A stretch of 55,708 nucleotides of DNA, counting the filler, from Trypethelium eluteriae (lineage: Eukaryota), in assembly GCA_051942245.1 (NCBI GenBank). It is 2 parts of 2 records of this genome, joined end to end, with 100 filler letters (N's around TTAATTAATTAA, not from the genome) between each part and the next. Parts side by side here need not be neighbours in the genome. Positions count along the whole stretch, not along the records: positions 1 to 27,809 come from JAVECL010000322.1; 1 more part is not named here. One strand, given 5' to 3'. Below, in pieces: positions 1-13,410 of this stretch. A model generated the notes under the pieces. It was given only the letters and a program-made list of their open reading frames with translations. It made no database searches and had not been told where the DNA came from. Position 1 is the stretch's first letter, and each line of letters starts with the position of its first letter. The position numbers and the translations under genes are program-made.

Positions 1-288
1 GAGGAAGAGGGGGATGAGGAAGGTAGTGCTGGAATGGATCTGGGATATTTGGGAGAGGTGGCTGGGGCTGCCGCGACGCACTTGTTGTACTATGCGGCGG
101 TGAATCTAGCGACGACTATGTGGGCGGCGCATTTGAGGAGGCATCTGATGCTGTATCGGATCTTTAGTCCGAGGTTCATGTTGGGTGCGGTGGTTCTGTT
201 GGTGGTGGATGTAGTGGTGGCGTGGGTTGCTATGGGAGGGATGAGGTGGAGTGTTTTGAGTGTGGCAGAAGTCTTTGGGTGGAGTTAA
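1..288 (+). CDS. GPI13: GPI ethanolamine phosphate transferase 3 (PIG-O/Gpi13), C-terminal end; 5' part lies outside the window
   Basis: Frame is open from base 1 to TAA at 286-288. The sequence WAAHLRRHLMLYRIFSPRFM followed by a hydrophobic helix is the typical Gpi13/PIG-O C-terminus. Confidence 0.85.
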   Translation, partial: EEEGDEEGSAGMDLGYLGEVAGAAATHLLYYAAVNLATTMWAAHLRRHLMLYRIFSPRFMLGAVVLLVVDVVVAWVAMGGMRWSVLSVAEVFGWS

Positions 289-736
289 GCGGCTGAGGCT
301 GGATGCCAATTTGCTGAGTCGGTAAGATACTTGGGCTCCAGACTGCTGATTACTTATCTCTGTGTGTTTTGATAGCCGAAACAGCTGATATATGCACCAG
401 AGTGGAGCCTCCTAATTCACGTGCCCGAGATAGTCATTAACGGTGCCATTTATATGCGACCTTCTGGAAATTCTTAGTCTCTTTCGCAGCCCATCTTCTT
501 TGACCCACCTCTAGGGACTCCTATCTTTGAACTGTCCACATGCTCCTCACCTCCTCTGTTTACTCCATCTTCCGGTCCGATGTTTAGCGCTTCGGACCTT
601 CTCCCGTTTAAGATTTCCTGACCACCTTATCATAATCTATTCTTCGAACAGGTCTTTCTTATCGTGAACTAGCAACACCCTTTTACTGAATACCGTCTTT
701 TCAGTGGTCACTGAATTTGTCCGTGCCGTCACAAAC

Positions 737-3097
737 ATGGAGAATCTTTCTGCGTTTCGAAGCGACAAACAGTGCGCAGCACTCGACATGGTACTCAAAC
801 TCAACGAGACGGGTCTTGCCAGTGTCTTGGAATTTCCACAGATCGTTTTTACCGGTGATCAGAGTGCTGGAAAATCCTCCGTCCTTGAAGCCATCTCCGG
901 CTTGAAATACCCCCGAAGAGAAGGAATGTGTACTCGATGTGCCATCGAGGTCGTCCTCAGAGAAGCGGATAAATTATCAATTACCGCAAGAATAATACCA
1001 CACAGGGAATCGAGAAGGCTTTACTCCGAGCTTCAGAATCTAACTAGTTTCAGGGAAACTATCGAGGACATCTCCAATCTGCCCGACCTTATTGAAAAGG
1101 CCATGATATGCATGGGATTGAATGACAAGAGTGGCAAACGTGGGCCTAGAGCTTTCTCTCGAGATCTCCTACGGGTAGAAATGAACGGCCCAGGAGTACC
1201 CGAACTGTAAGTCTATTAAAGGTCGCTCGTGGGTCTGCATCAGCCACTGACATGCCCAGTACATTGGTCGATCTACCTGGCCTTATTCACGCTACTAAAA
1301 ATGAACAAGACGAGGAAGACGTGAAGGCCACACACGCTTTGACGAAAAACTACTTGAAGAATAGAAGAACCATAGTTCTCGCAATCATTTCAGCCAAGAA
1401 TGACTATGCGAACCAGGTTATCATCAATCTGTGCAAACAACACGGGGCAACCTCCCGGACACTTGGTATCATTACGAAGCCAGATTATCTACTTCCCAAC
1501 TCGGAATTGGAGGCAGAATTTGTTAGTCTGTCTGACAATAACGATGTCCGTCTTGGATTTGGTTGGCACTGGCTTAAGAATCTTGAATCAACTTCCAATT
1601 TTGAGGAGCGTCTTGGTTCTGAGATTGATTTTTTCGGCAAGGGTATTTGGACGACTCGCGACAGTAGAACTCTGGGGATTGACGCGCTCAGATCTAGACT
1701 CAGCAAGCTTCTTGAATCACATCTTCGCCAAAAGCTCTCCGAACTTCGTTCCGAGCTTGGCCAGAAATTGTCTCAGACCAAAAAGCAGCTCCTTGGTCTC
1801 GGGGAGTTCCGAAAAACCATTTCCGAAAAGCGAGAACAACTCTTTGACACATCTTGGAGTCTTGGTGGCATTATTGTTGCAGCTGTAAAGGGTGACTACG
1901 AAGCTGACTTCTTTGGACAAGTTGACACGTCCACGGACATTGACGCTCAGACAAATGTTGTGAGGCTACGAGCAGTCATTCAATATCTCAATCGCAAGTT
2001 CACAAAACATATGCGTCTTCACGGCCATAAGTATACGATAGGTCGCAGCAACTCGATCAATCAAGAGGCAATCAACAGCCCCGATCCCCGCCTCACAGAA
2101 TTTCTCAACCTAGCTTTTGGGGGAATCGAAGATGTCCTCGAGGAAGACCCCGAGCAAGACTGGGATGACGTTGAAGACTATGATCAGTTGGCTAAGACAC
2201 TGAAACCGAAGAACTGGAATCGTCTGCAGGCAGAAAGATGGGTATTGAAGATACTGCAACGCTGCAAGGGGCGGGAGCTACCAGGTAGCTACAATCCTGA
2301 ACTAATACGCTTGCTTTTCAGCGAACAGTCCGAGCCTTGGGAAAAGATTGCCTCTACACACATCGACCACGTAGCTAAAGCGTGCCATCGTTTCCTCCTT
2401 CTCGCTCTGAGGCATGTCACGAGAGAGGACATCCGGGACCGCCTATATCGAAGTCGGATTCGACACGCTCTCAACAATGAAGTTGCAGTGGCGCGGAAGG
2501 AGCTTGAAAATATCTTAGAAGACAAGAATGGACCTCCTATGAGCTACAACCATACTTTTACGTTGACTGTACAACGTTTGCGGCACAGGAAGTATTGTAG
2601 TATTCTCAAGCGCATGTCCAGAGCCAACACAACCTTTATCAACGTTGATGACTCGGAGATGACTACTATAGACCCCCAAGTCTGGGCAAAGCATTACGTC
2701 GACCCCGACAAGCTTCGTGAGTTGGCAAGGGAAGCGGCTGATATGGATCGTTTCTCGGCAAGCGAGGCTCTCGACAGCCAAATTGCATACTACAAGGTAC
2801 GGTCAAGTGTGAAATCATGCAGTCGCTTCCAGGCCAGACTAATCTAACAAAAAGGATGAACTCAAATACTTCATCGATGTTGTCACAAAACAGGTGGTCG
2901 AACGACGTCTAATCAAACCCCTTGCGTCCATCGTCAAGACCTCGCTGTCAGCCGAGAAACTCTCAGATAAGGAAATCTCGGATATCACGGCAGAACCGTT
3001 GGATGTTTCAAGCCAGAGAGAGGAACTAGAACATCTCGTTGGGATCCTTGAGCAGGGCGATGAAACGTTCGAGCAAGTCGAGCTTACCCTCGGTTGA
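737..3097 (+). CDS. Fungal dynamin-like (Mx-like) GTPase with C-terminal GED; 3 exons (737-1206, 1260-2796, 2855-3097); start codon uncertain
   Basis: G1 GDQSAGKSS, G2 GMCTR, G3 DLPG and G4 TKPD are present. Introns 1207-1259 (GTAAGT..CTGAC..CAG) and 2797-2854 (GTACGG..CTAAC..AAG) restore PELTLVDLPG and AYYK/DELKYFIDVVTKQVVERRL. Confidence 0.9.
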
Positions 3098-3820
3098 AGG
3101 AAGCTCTTCCACGAACCTTTCGATCGAGAATTATCGAATTGTTATTTGGAAACACCCCGCATACTGAGATCAGTATGTCAGCCACGATCAATGGCAGGCA
3201 GCCCTGTTAACACCAGCATTTGACAGTCTAACGGCAGCAGTTTACACATGATACTGGAAGAGGCACGCTTTTACGTCCACGCAACGACCTTTGATAGCTT
3301 TCTTCCTGACACTTCTATCGCATCTACATACTGATTCCTCCTGTTTGCTATCGAGATACAGCTTTCATACTGCTGACGTGAAAAAGCTCCACAGAGCAAT
3401 TGACACTAGATGCAAATCAGCTCAGGAATGCTCGGCAGAGATTGGGTTGGTCATGCTTTACAATGGTCCTGAATTTCTGTTCTCATTTCTGAGGCGGCTC
3501 TTTCAGAAGCAGTCACAACCTAACTTTAGTTTCAACGAATTGTGCCACCCGATTGTAGATTTTACGAGTGGTGACACGTCAGCCTCCGCTTTCCAACCAC
3601 AACAGGACGTGCTCCACAGCCTACCAAAGACTCGGAACCATAATACCTTTCCCAACCTCCGCAGCAGGCATGTGCTATCGTACTTATCTATCGACGTCCT
3701 CGCTCGCTCGTAAGATTTTCTCGCATCAGCCCAACCCATGCGACCTTTTTCTCTCGTGCCCTCAACCCTCTTTATTAGCAAATCATTTAACAGGGCGCTC
3801 AAAGAGTCTGCTGTTTCAGC

Positions 3821-5623
3821 ATGGCCTTCTCTCCTTTATTGACGGACTATCGTCAAATCATTATTGGTAACCACAGTTCCCTCCTTTTTCTGCACACTGC
3901 TTTGACAGCCTGCTCACACCGACCAAACAGACAACGTGGCGATGCTCTTCCACCACCAAAACGACTTCTATGGTATGCCCAGTGAGACCCGCCGCATTGT
4001 CTGCTGCGAAGTCGAAGAGGACGTATTCTTCGCAGGAGTCATGGAACAGCGCTTCGGGCAGCAAATGCCGCGAGTGCTGATCAAGGGACCACCGGCTGCC
4101 GAGGTTGAAGGTGCATTGGAGGGATTGATGGAGATGGTGTGCCAGAGAATGGCAGATAAGTTGGAGGAGTGCGAAGAATATGGTGAGTGCCATGCTCCGT
4201 TTATCGCCTGAAGAATTGGAGGACAAGAGGAGAGAGCATTTTGAAAGTGTCGAGATGCTGACAAGATCGATCTGATTTGAAAGAGCGAAAATTGATCGAA
4301 AAGCCTGACCCATCATCTCATACGAGGGATATGAGCAAGCCTGCCGCATATTCATGCAAGAAGACCACGAACGGGTTAGAACCACTTCACCTCGCACCAG
4401 ATCACTTCCCCCTCGCACCATGGTCAGCTGTACAAGTGGGAACAATGCCAGATTCTGATAAAACAAACAGAGACCTCCGTGCGCTAATGAGATCGAAGGA
4501 TGATTGGTGCTTGGGAACCAGGTGTCCATATGGCTCGACTCAAAAGTACCCCGGACCGAATGACCCAGAAAATGAGCGGCAAGTCCCAGAGCCGGTGCAT
4601 TCGAGGTTCTCATCCAATTCATCGAACGGAGTCGGTGACTTTCCGCCTGAGAACGCTTTAGAAGAGTCTAAAAAAGCGAATGTCGCAAGTGTGAGCGGCC
4701 AAGAGGGGAAGATGTCGGACGCTGGACGTGTGAAGGGACAGATGGGAAAGGAGCATGACCAGCCTCAAACCGAATCGAAGAGTACGACTTCAACTATCCC
4801 CGCTCACGGAACAGGAAAAACGTCTCAGAGTGCCTCTGCGTCTATGCCAGCAACCTCCTCGCCTGTTCGAAAAACGCAGGACGCAGCTCCTCGTTCCGTC
4901 TCGCGTCCGTCTTTGGATCCTATTCGTAAAGCGATGGAGTTCAACCTAAGGGAGGAAGATTACTCTGCTCTTTTCCCGTACAATCTTCCTCCGAAAATGC
5001 CATTACAGCCTACGCCATCCAAGCCCAGCAATTCCCAGCCAAGCCAAGAGTTGCAGCTAGGTCCAGACGGACATCCACTGAACCCGAGGGAGTCGGTTGT
5101 TGAGGGCAGGCAACCGTGGCCTACAAGTCACCGATTGAGCAACAAATCTTCAAGCCTTGAGGAAGCCCTCAAACTCGCGGCACCTGTGTATCCAACAACG
5201 CAAACGTCAACTCGCCTTCCGCCGGTGATAAGAAGCACAGCGGATCTACCGCCAGCACCATACAGGGCGGTTCCGAAGGGAGTCGCACAGAGCAAGACCA
5301 GAGGCGAGAAAGAGACAGAAGATCGGACTCCCGAGGCTTTCCCGGAGCATATCCTCCAGGCGCAGAAGCGAGCACTTGAGGCATTACGCTCCAGAGAGAT
5401 GACAGCAGCCAAGGCTGGCAAGTCGAAGGATGACGCTGTGCTGCAAGGAAGTGGAATGTCCATGACGGACCAGATGATTGCGGGTGCAAAGGCGAGGTTG
5501 GAGGCACACAAGCTGGAATCAGATAGACGGACTGGCTCGGATTCGTCGGCTGCAGACAAGTCTGACGAGAGCAGGCGGGGCTCTTGGACGACCATGGATA
5601 GTGACTCAGAGCGGTCCGCATGA
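3821..5623 (+). CDS. Hypothetical protein: small folded N-terminal part plus long Ser/Pro-rich low-complexity region; probably 3 exons, boundaries approximate
   Basis: ORFs 3936-4211 and 4277-5623 can be linked by a GTGAGT donor at ~4183 with a CTGAC branch site. A candidate ATG lies at 3821. No recognisable domain. Confidence 0.5.
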
Positions 5624-5783
5624 TTTGGGAGGAGGGTAAGGCGGGAGAATGCTAGAGAAGGTAAGGGTAGAAGTGATTTCCAATTGTATCCCCGTCAGTT
5701 GTCGGAGTCTCGGCGAACATGACAGTATGGTCAGCTTTCGAAATTTGGTAGGCATCATAGAAACCATAAAAGATTATATCAGT

Positions 5784-7142
5784 TCATTCATCGCCGTCTT
5801 CTTGGTCTTGGTCTTCCTCTTGCCTCTTCGCTAAAATATCTTTCCACTGTTCTGCAAACTCCCTAATCCCGCCATGTCCTTCTTGACTTGCGTCGACTAC
5901 TTCTTTAGGCAGTTTATGCGCGCTGTACTGTGGTGTATTGAAGCTATACGCCTCTGGATCGTCCCGATGAACAAGTCGAAGTTCGGGAAATGAGTAGTCC
6001 TCATCTATGTCTGTGACGTTGTCCGAATCTTCACCTGAGTCAGATTGGGTGCTTTGATTCGGAATCTCATCGGCGTGCTGTGATGGTAAACCTCGAGTCG
6101 GGGTCATCTCGTCAGCAGTCCTTATCGGTAAGGAGATTATTTCCTCAGCTTTAGGAAGAGGCGGTTCAGGCATTGTTAGTAGCTCCAACCAGCTAAAGAG
6201 TAAAGGATCGGTTCTTGGTGCCCACGGATTCACGTCGACTAGCCACACACGCACGTGCGGGGGAGGAATGTAGACATCGAAGGCGAAATTAGGATCCGGG
6301 AAGGAATCGCGTAATTTTTCATCAAAAAATGACTGTATCTTGTCTCTGAGCTTGTGCTGCATGTTGAAGAGGAAATCGAAGTGGTTGAGATCTCGCTGGC
6401 AAATGCCGATCAATTTTCGATTACGCACAAAGCAGCGAAACTCTACTGAGGGGTTCAGAAGTATCCATTTGCGAAGAACGAGATAATATTGCATTGGGTC
6501 ATCCTGTGACTTGCCAGAGATATCGTCCTCGCAGTCATCGAACGCGTGCTCCAGGTCATGGGTCACGAAATCCGAGGACTTTAGGAGCAGGTAGATATCA
6601 TTCGGGGCCCGACATTCCATATTATTGGTGGCTGATATCCATGTTGCATCTTTTGGAGCCGACCAGTTCAACTTGGGTGCAACCTTTCCCCCAAGCTCAG
6701 CAATGGCGGCTTTGATTGCCTGGTGAACTTCACTCCATTCTTGCGAAGGATCTTCATCCTCGTCATCAGATTCTGAAGGATTATCCGTGGAAGAGAAGAT
6801 TCCAGAATCTGAGTCTGACCAGTCTGTCCGCGATTCTGATACATCTGGCGGCAGGACTATTCCGTCCGCTCGAAGGTAGGAGACAAATTGTGGGGAAAGA
6901 GGAACGAGACGAGCTTTGGGCGTGATTGCACGATATCTGGAATACATACTCAGTATCTTCAGATTGAAGTCTAAAATTTTGGGTATTGCATGGAAGCTAG
7001 AAAATGGGAAATCGTACCTCGAGTGCCAGTTGTTATATGAGCAATGGAGAATATGAGATTTAGTCACGGGAGCGAAAGGAAGTTTTGTAAGACGCCCTTG
7101 AGGGTGAGGCTCGAGTCTTCCATCTCCTTCGGCAGTTGACAT
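5784..7142 (-). CDS. CDC123: Cell division cycle protein 123 (ATP-grasp eIF2 assembly factor, D123 family)
   Basis: Motifs [36 protein letters not shown] and [20 protein letters not shown] at 7142; probable in-frame 81-nt intron at 6937-7017. Confidence 0.93.
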   Translation of the reverse strand: MSTAEGDGRLEPHPQGRLTKLPFAPVTKSHILHCSYNNWHSRYDFPFSSFHAIPKILDFNLKILSMYSRYRAITPKARLVPLSPQFVSYLRADGIVLPPDVSESRTDWSDSDSGIFSSTDNPSESDDEDEDPSQEWSEVHQAIKAAIAELGGKVAPKLNWSAPKDATWISATNNMECRAPNDIYLLLKSSDFVTHDLEHAFDDCEDDISGKSQDDPMQYYLVLRKWILLNPSVEFRCFVRNRKLIGICQRDLNHFDFLFNMQHKLRDKIQSFFDEKLRDSFPDPNFAFDVYIPPPHVRVWLVDVNPWAPRTDPLLFSWLELLTMPEPPLPKAEEIISLPIRTADEMTPTRGLPSQHADEIPNQSTQSDSGEDSDNVTDIDEDYSFPELRLVHRDDPEAYSFNTPQYSAHKLPKEVVDASQEGHGGIREFAEQWKDILAKRQEEDQDQEDGDE

Positions 7143-7575
7143 AGCCTCAGAAGGGAATATGGGTATTTGCACGTCTACAAAGACGAATATTTGCGGTGGA
7201 GAAATTTGAGATACTCTAGTTTTAAGACGAAAGCTCTCCGATGACGCAGCGGAGTGTGCTCCGCCCGCCACGACTCGCATCTCCGCGACTCTCTACATAC
7301 TTAAGGTACCACTCTACGCTCCACAAGCTTCGGGGAGCGCTACCTCTGTTCGTGCCTGGCATAATCAACCACAGAAAACCCCGAAAGAAATTTCTAAATC
7401 ACAACGTTCAACAATCGAAACCCTTCAAAATCATTGGAGCCGACTACTTCTAATTGCCAATCGTCCTCTTCTTCCCACACCGCGCTTCAGAACCACGACA
7501 TCCTTCATCTGCTAAGCTCCCAACGAGGCCAGTCTCTACATATCCACGAGAAACCTCTATCACCTCATCCTCAGC

Positions 7576-8073
7576 ATGACCTCCAATGTCGGCCTCTCCA
7601 CCCCGCGTGGCAGTGGCACTTCCGGCTACGTCCAAAAGAACTACGCGCACCTCAAACCCCGCGACAACGCAGCCCCTTATCCAAAAGACTTCTCGGCCCT
7701 GCGCCACAAGCAGCGACAACCCGATGCCGAGATCCTAGAGCATGACCGACGGCGCGCGATTGAGGTACAGGTATTCGAGCTGCGGGATCGGCTGGAGGAC
7801 GGGGGGGTCGACGAGGACGAGATCGAGACGCAGACGAGTGCGCTGAGGACGAAGTTGGAGGAGGAAGGCGAGAAGGGGAAGGGACGGGGAAAAGGGGCGA
7901 AGGCGGATGCGAAGGGGTTGAAGAGTCATCAGGTGCATGAGTTGGCGAAGGCGAAGATTGAGGAGAGTGAGAAGTTGAGGAAGGCGTTGGGGATACGGGA
8001 GGATTATGAGGAGGGGAGTCATTGGAAGAAGGGAGAGGAGAGGATGAGGGATGGGTTGAAGAATGAAGGGTGA
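7576..8073 (+). CDS. CWC21: Pre-mRNA splicing factor Cwc21
   Basis: N-terminal SNVGLSTPRGSGTSGYVQKN and cwf21 domain ILEHDRRRAIEV..ELRDRLE. Confidence 0.93.
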   Translation: MTSNVGLSTPRGSGTSGYVQKNYAHLKPRDNAAPYPKDFSALRHKQRQPDAEILEHDRRRAIEVQVFELRDRLEDGGVDEDEIETQTSALRTKLEEEGEKGKGRGKGAKADAKGLKSHQVHELAKAKIEESEKLRKALGIREDYEEGSHWKKGEERMRDGLKNEG

Positions 8074-8713
8074 GGAAAGGGAGTAGCATTGCAGATTATC
8101 TACTGGAGTTTGAGGTCAGGCGTCGGTATGGGAATGTGAATGTTGGCGAGTGGTGTTGCGATAGATGAAGCTGACTTTTACATGATGGTATGCCCTCGCT
8201 GCCGTATTGCACGTAAGAAGAAATATATGTCATGGCAAGATCCACATCAGTGCCACTCCGCACTTACAATGCTACTACTCTGGGTACAACGGTGTCCAAG
8301 CCAGGGCGGCGACACACTCATCTATGAGACTCATCAAGGTTCATATCCCACTACTTGCTGCAAAAGCTCGCAATAAACATCAAGAAGTATCTGCGTAGTG
8401 GTCATTCGATTTGACTCCTCAATTGCTCCATGGAAGAGTCTGATATGTTTTCACGTGCTCCTTAGTATACAGCGGGGAAGTCTAAATACAGAGCTGGCAG
8501 GATGGCCTACCGCGTTAGAAGGCTAACAGCTGTATTCCTAGAAAGTGTGCAAGACCTTATCAACTTCCTTGATTTATTGAAGCTAATTTCTCAGCATGTC
8601 GGAGCTTTGCGCTCCTTATGGTAATCTATATCGTTGGTACAGTCGAGCAAAAGAATATGAATACCTCTCAGCTCTTCGCATCAGCTCTTCGCATAAAGCC
8701 TGCCTGTTTCCCT

Positions 8714-11700
8714 TCAGTCTTCCTTCCTTGCGAACAGCTTCCTAAACGACGCCTTTATCCAATCTGCCACTTTCCCTAGCACGCCAAAGATGTAACCAAA
8801 TCCGAAACTCCAACCTCGGATTCGGACAGTATAAATGAAGAAATAGACCAGAAGCCAATTACTGACCACAAAGCCCAGGAAGATCCCGAAATTGCGCCAC
8901 TTGTCGCTAGCCTTGATATTCAAAGTGTTCATGTACCCATTTCCGGTGGTGTAAGGACAATACTGGCAGTCGGAAGTAGCATCTGGATTCAGAAAATAGC
9001 CTCCAGCCGCACGGGCGAAATCGCCGGCATATTGCTGACATGTTTGACCGGGAGGCGTGTCAAAGCGAGCGGTTTCCTCAATCTGACAGTCGACCGGAAT
9101 TTTCGGGAGGGTCGCAGCAATGACACCGCCAATCCAGTACGTCGAAGGGTTAACCTACATATGTCAGTGTTACAGGTCGTGTATGCGGTATCGAAGTGAC
9201 TTACGTAGTACATCCAGTATTTCCAGAAGACCGGGAGTTGTGAATAGGGTCTGATGACACCGTTGAAGAGAGAGAAATTGACGAAGAAGAAAGGAAGGAC
9301 GTTGCTTATGACTGTGAATGAAGGGGCGAAGGCGCATATCCACTGGCCCCAGCTGTTCATGAAAAAGTAAAAGAATAGTGTCATCAAGTACACGTACCCA
9401 GCAATACTGGAATCGTGAGGCAGACCGGTAGGATAATACCAGAGCAACCAGTAGATGACGGATGTGACAACGGCGATGGGGAGTTCTCCAACAACCTGAG
9501 CTGTGCAGAAGGCGAACCACCCGTAGATGCGCGAAGGATATTCTCTCGCTTGCCATAAAGCCATGTTGGTGAAGAATTTGGGAACAACTGAATTGACGAC
9601 GGTTGGTGGAATGACGAGAATGACGAATAATGTGAACATTCGATTTTGCATATCTTGGATTGAGTTACCGAGCATGTAGAATGTGAAGCCGTTGAAGATG
9701 CCGACAATAGTCGCGACAAAGAGTTTGCCATAGAGGTACGAAGGATCACGCCAATACTGAACGAACGTGCGTTTGGTCAATTCTGCGGTCTGTACCCACA
9801 CTGTTGCAGCGAATTCAGTCCCTTCCTGATGCGCTTCTCTTTTGGCAACAGGGATGCGCTCTTCTTTGATGCGCTGAATCTCCTGAATCAATGCCCTGTT
9901 TTCTTCCGAGTTTCTCCATTCTTCGTTCCATTTGATGCGTCGACCGTCGGGACTTTTTTGAGGCTTTGCAGCAGTTTCCAGAATAAATTCTGCAACATTC
10001 TTCTCGGGCGGACAGTGGATGCCTCTGGCAGCAAAGTACTTGATAACCTCAGATCCGTTCTCACCAACAGGGCCGAAATAGAATGTATTGCCACCAGGGT
10101 TGAGTGCCAAAATCATATCAAACTGCTGAACCAAGATGGAGCTTGGCTGATGCACCGTACAAACGATAGCCTGTCCAGCTTGGCAGAGCTTCTTGAGGAA
10201 ACGGACGATTGAGAAGGCGGACTGACTATCCAGACCCGATGTTGGTTCATCAAGGAAAAGAAGTAAGGACGGTTTAGCGGCCAACTCCACACCGATAGTC
10301 AACCGTTTTCGCTGCTCAACACCCAGGCTCGAAATTATGGCATCCTGAATATCTTCAAGTTCCAGAAGGGCAATTACCTTGGCAACGTACGCTATCTTCT
10401 CCGATCTTGGAATCGAGCGATCTTGTCGAAGTAAAGCAGAAAATTCAAGAGCTTCCCGGATTGTAGCAGTTCCGTCATGCAAGTCCATTTGTTCGCAGAA
10501 TCCGGTGCCCCTCTGGAACGATTGTGCAGGTAGCTTGCCATCCACTAACATGTCTCCAGTAACCACACCCATAGACTGCCGCTGAGCAAGTGTGTTGAGA
10601 AGGGTTGTTTTCCCGGCACCACTTGCTCCCATCAAAGCAATCATCACACCAGGCTTGGCATATCCATTTACGCCATTCAGCAACTTTCTTTCACCCCCTT
10701 GATATGGAACTGTATACTCGACATTTTCCCAGGTGAAGATGCTGTCGCTTGTGCCAAGTTGCTCCATCGCTTCTTCTTCCGCTCTGCCGTTCATCGATGT
10801 AGTAACACGGTCGGAACCGCTGCTGTCACTTACCTGACCCTTTTCCTCATCAGGCTTGGGGGCAGTTTTGACAACCTGCTTCGACTTCTTTGACTTCTTG
10901 AAAACCAGTGCTCCACCGCCAGCCACAGTGAAGGAGAAAATTTCGGTTGCAACGACTGTAATGAGAATGTAGAGCACGCCAAATGCGATGAGGGCACCCC
11001 AGTTTCTCCAAAGATGACTTCGAGTATATTCGTAACTGGTCTCGAGGTAAGCCGATCCTTCAACTGACTTTGCATTAATACCAGCCCCACGAAGACTGCA
11101 GCCTTGGTACCGAGGATCTATGCCTGGGCCTTGAGGCACCAAATTTGAAGCGTCGCATGCCATCGTCCTGCCAGAGAACTCATTCGCCAAGCCAGCCTCG
11201 AAAGCATATCCGATAGGATTGATATAATAGAGCCAGCCGAACCAGATGTACTGGCCAAGAAGCTGAGGTTTTGGAATAACGTAGCCAGCGTAGATGATTA
11301 AAAGGTTGAAAGAGATACCAGCAAAGCGGACCGCATCATTGATTGATGGCGAAAGCGAAGCGAACATCCGGTAAAGGGCTGTCATGACGATAGTGTTTGT
11401 GTACACGAAAAGGAAGTAGATGAAGAATTTGGAAGCGACCACGTCCAGGCCCGACATAAAATACATGATAATACAGAAGGGTACCACCATCGTAAAGACG
11501 ACTGGAAAATCGAGAAGAACTCGGGCCATGGCCACAGCTGACTTGGTGTAGAAAGCGTACTCTTTCTGTCGAGTCATCACTTCTCGACCACTTACAGCTT
11601 TCATGAGCTCTGACATCTGAAGCCAGCCCAGGAAAAGGATTGAGAAAATCATCGCGCCACCACGAGGGAAAGCGCCAGCAGTGTCTAGGGGTTCTCCGTA

Positions 11701-13410
11701 AAACAGGCTGCCGACGATGAGCGCGTTGCTGATGATAATGAAAAACTTGGTATAAAGAGTCGTGGTATCGCCAATCATGAGCCAGAATTCGCGAAGGAAG
11801 CATGCGTAGACTTGCTTCCAGAACGGTACGGTATAGTTACTTTTGTTGGGTACGCGTTTACTTTTGCCTTCCCGGACGGTTTCCTCGAATTCTTTAGCGT
11901 CTGAATAATCCGTCTCCTTGAGATACGCCTCGTAGTCTGCGACGTCTTGCAAGACCTTTTGGTAGGCTTCCGAGCTCTGATACGCATGCTCGAGCTCCTC
12001 TGGTGTCTTCGGTGCCTTTCCTTCGTAACCCTCACGGAAACGTCGCTCGACCGGATCCGTGACTGCAGTGAGAAAATCCGCAGTGGTCTGTCTTTCAGGA
12101 CAATAGAAGCCCAAGTCGATGAAGTATTGCTTCGCTTCCTTCGATGGGCCCTGGAAAATGCATCGGCCATCATCGATTACGAGAACCTTATCCATTTGCT
12201 GATATATCTCTTCACCAGCCTGGTAGAGGGTCACGAGTGTGGTACGCTTGCTGATATCAGTCATGATTCTCAATGACTTTGCATAATCTAATGCTGTTGA
12301 TGCGTCAAGGCCTCGCGTGCTGTTATCCCAGCAAATTACTGCTGACTTGGCTGCTAGGGTTTCTGCAATCGACACCCGTTTCCGCTCGCCACCAGAAACT
12401 CCGGGCGTATATTCATCGCCGACCAAAGTATATTTGGTATGTGAAATGCCAAACATTCTCATGAGAGCATTGGCAATGATATCGATCTCTTCTCTTGCGC
12501 GCCGCTTCGTTTTGTTCATCAAAGCGAACGTGAAAGTCTGGATCACATTCAAGCTTGCCATATGTTTATCATCCTCCGGGTTGTAGTTCACTTCTCCGCG
12601 AAAGTGTTTGCGTTGCTCCTTAGCAGAGATGCCACCGTAGGATACCTCGCCATCGACGCTTACATAGGTGTTTCGATTGTTTGCAATGGCCTTGAGAAAT
12701 GTCGAGCACCCCGCCCCCGGCCGACCCAGGACAAGCATCATCTCCCCATCACGAACGACGCCAGTGAATTTCTCAATGATATTTCGGGTAGGGGGTTTTT
12801 CGATCTTTAGGGCAGGGACATATCCAGTGATGATTCGATACAGGTCCGGTCCAAACGTTCCCAGCACAGCGTCAGGGAGAGTGCGCACGTATGACGACGA
12901 GGCGACGATGCCCTTGACTGTGAGGTCTTTGAATACAACGCCAACTTTCTTCGCTGAGCGACCATCTTTTCTCTTCTCGAAATGTCCCTCTTCCATGAAC
13001 GGACCCAGTGCGAACTCTTCTTCTCCGGCGCCAGCGGCATTGGGATCCTCCCCGGCTCCAGCTTCCATGTCATCAATGGTGGAGACACCAAAGGACCTCC
13101 TCGAGTCTACTCTTCTTCCACTTCTCCAACTCTTGGTGCGCGTAGCAGCCATGGAGCGTTGTGACTGCTGCTTCGATAGATTCGTGAGCTCGTGACGAAG
13201 GTTTTCGTAGTCTTCCATGGCCATGACCTGGCTAGTCTGGCCCGCATCTCGCTCTCCCCAAGTGCCATCTTGATCTGACGATTCAGAGCCGTTGATCAAT
13301 GTTGATGGTGCTGCTGAAACCGATGGGTGCTCTCCCGATGCGCCTTGTTCAGTATTGTGCCATGGGTTCTCCTCGCGCTTCGCATCGCGAGGCACTACCG
13401 TGTCCCACAT
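8714..13410 (-). CDS. Full-size PDR/ABCG multidrug ABC transporter; intron 9155-9204
   Basis: NBD1 GRPGAGCST and VSGGERKRVSIAE; NBD2 GASGAGKTT and LGVEQRKRLTIGVEL; (NBD-TMD)2 layout. The 50-nt intron joins WMYY/VNPSTYWIGG, continuing to the C-terminal WRNFGIFLGF helix. Confidence 0.95.
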
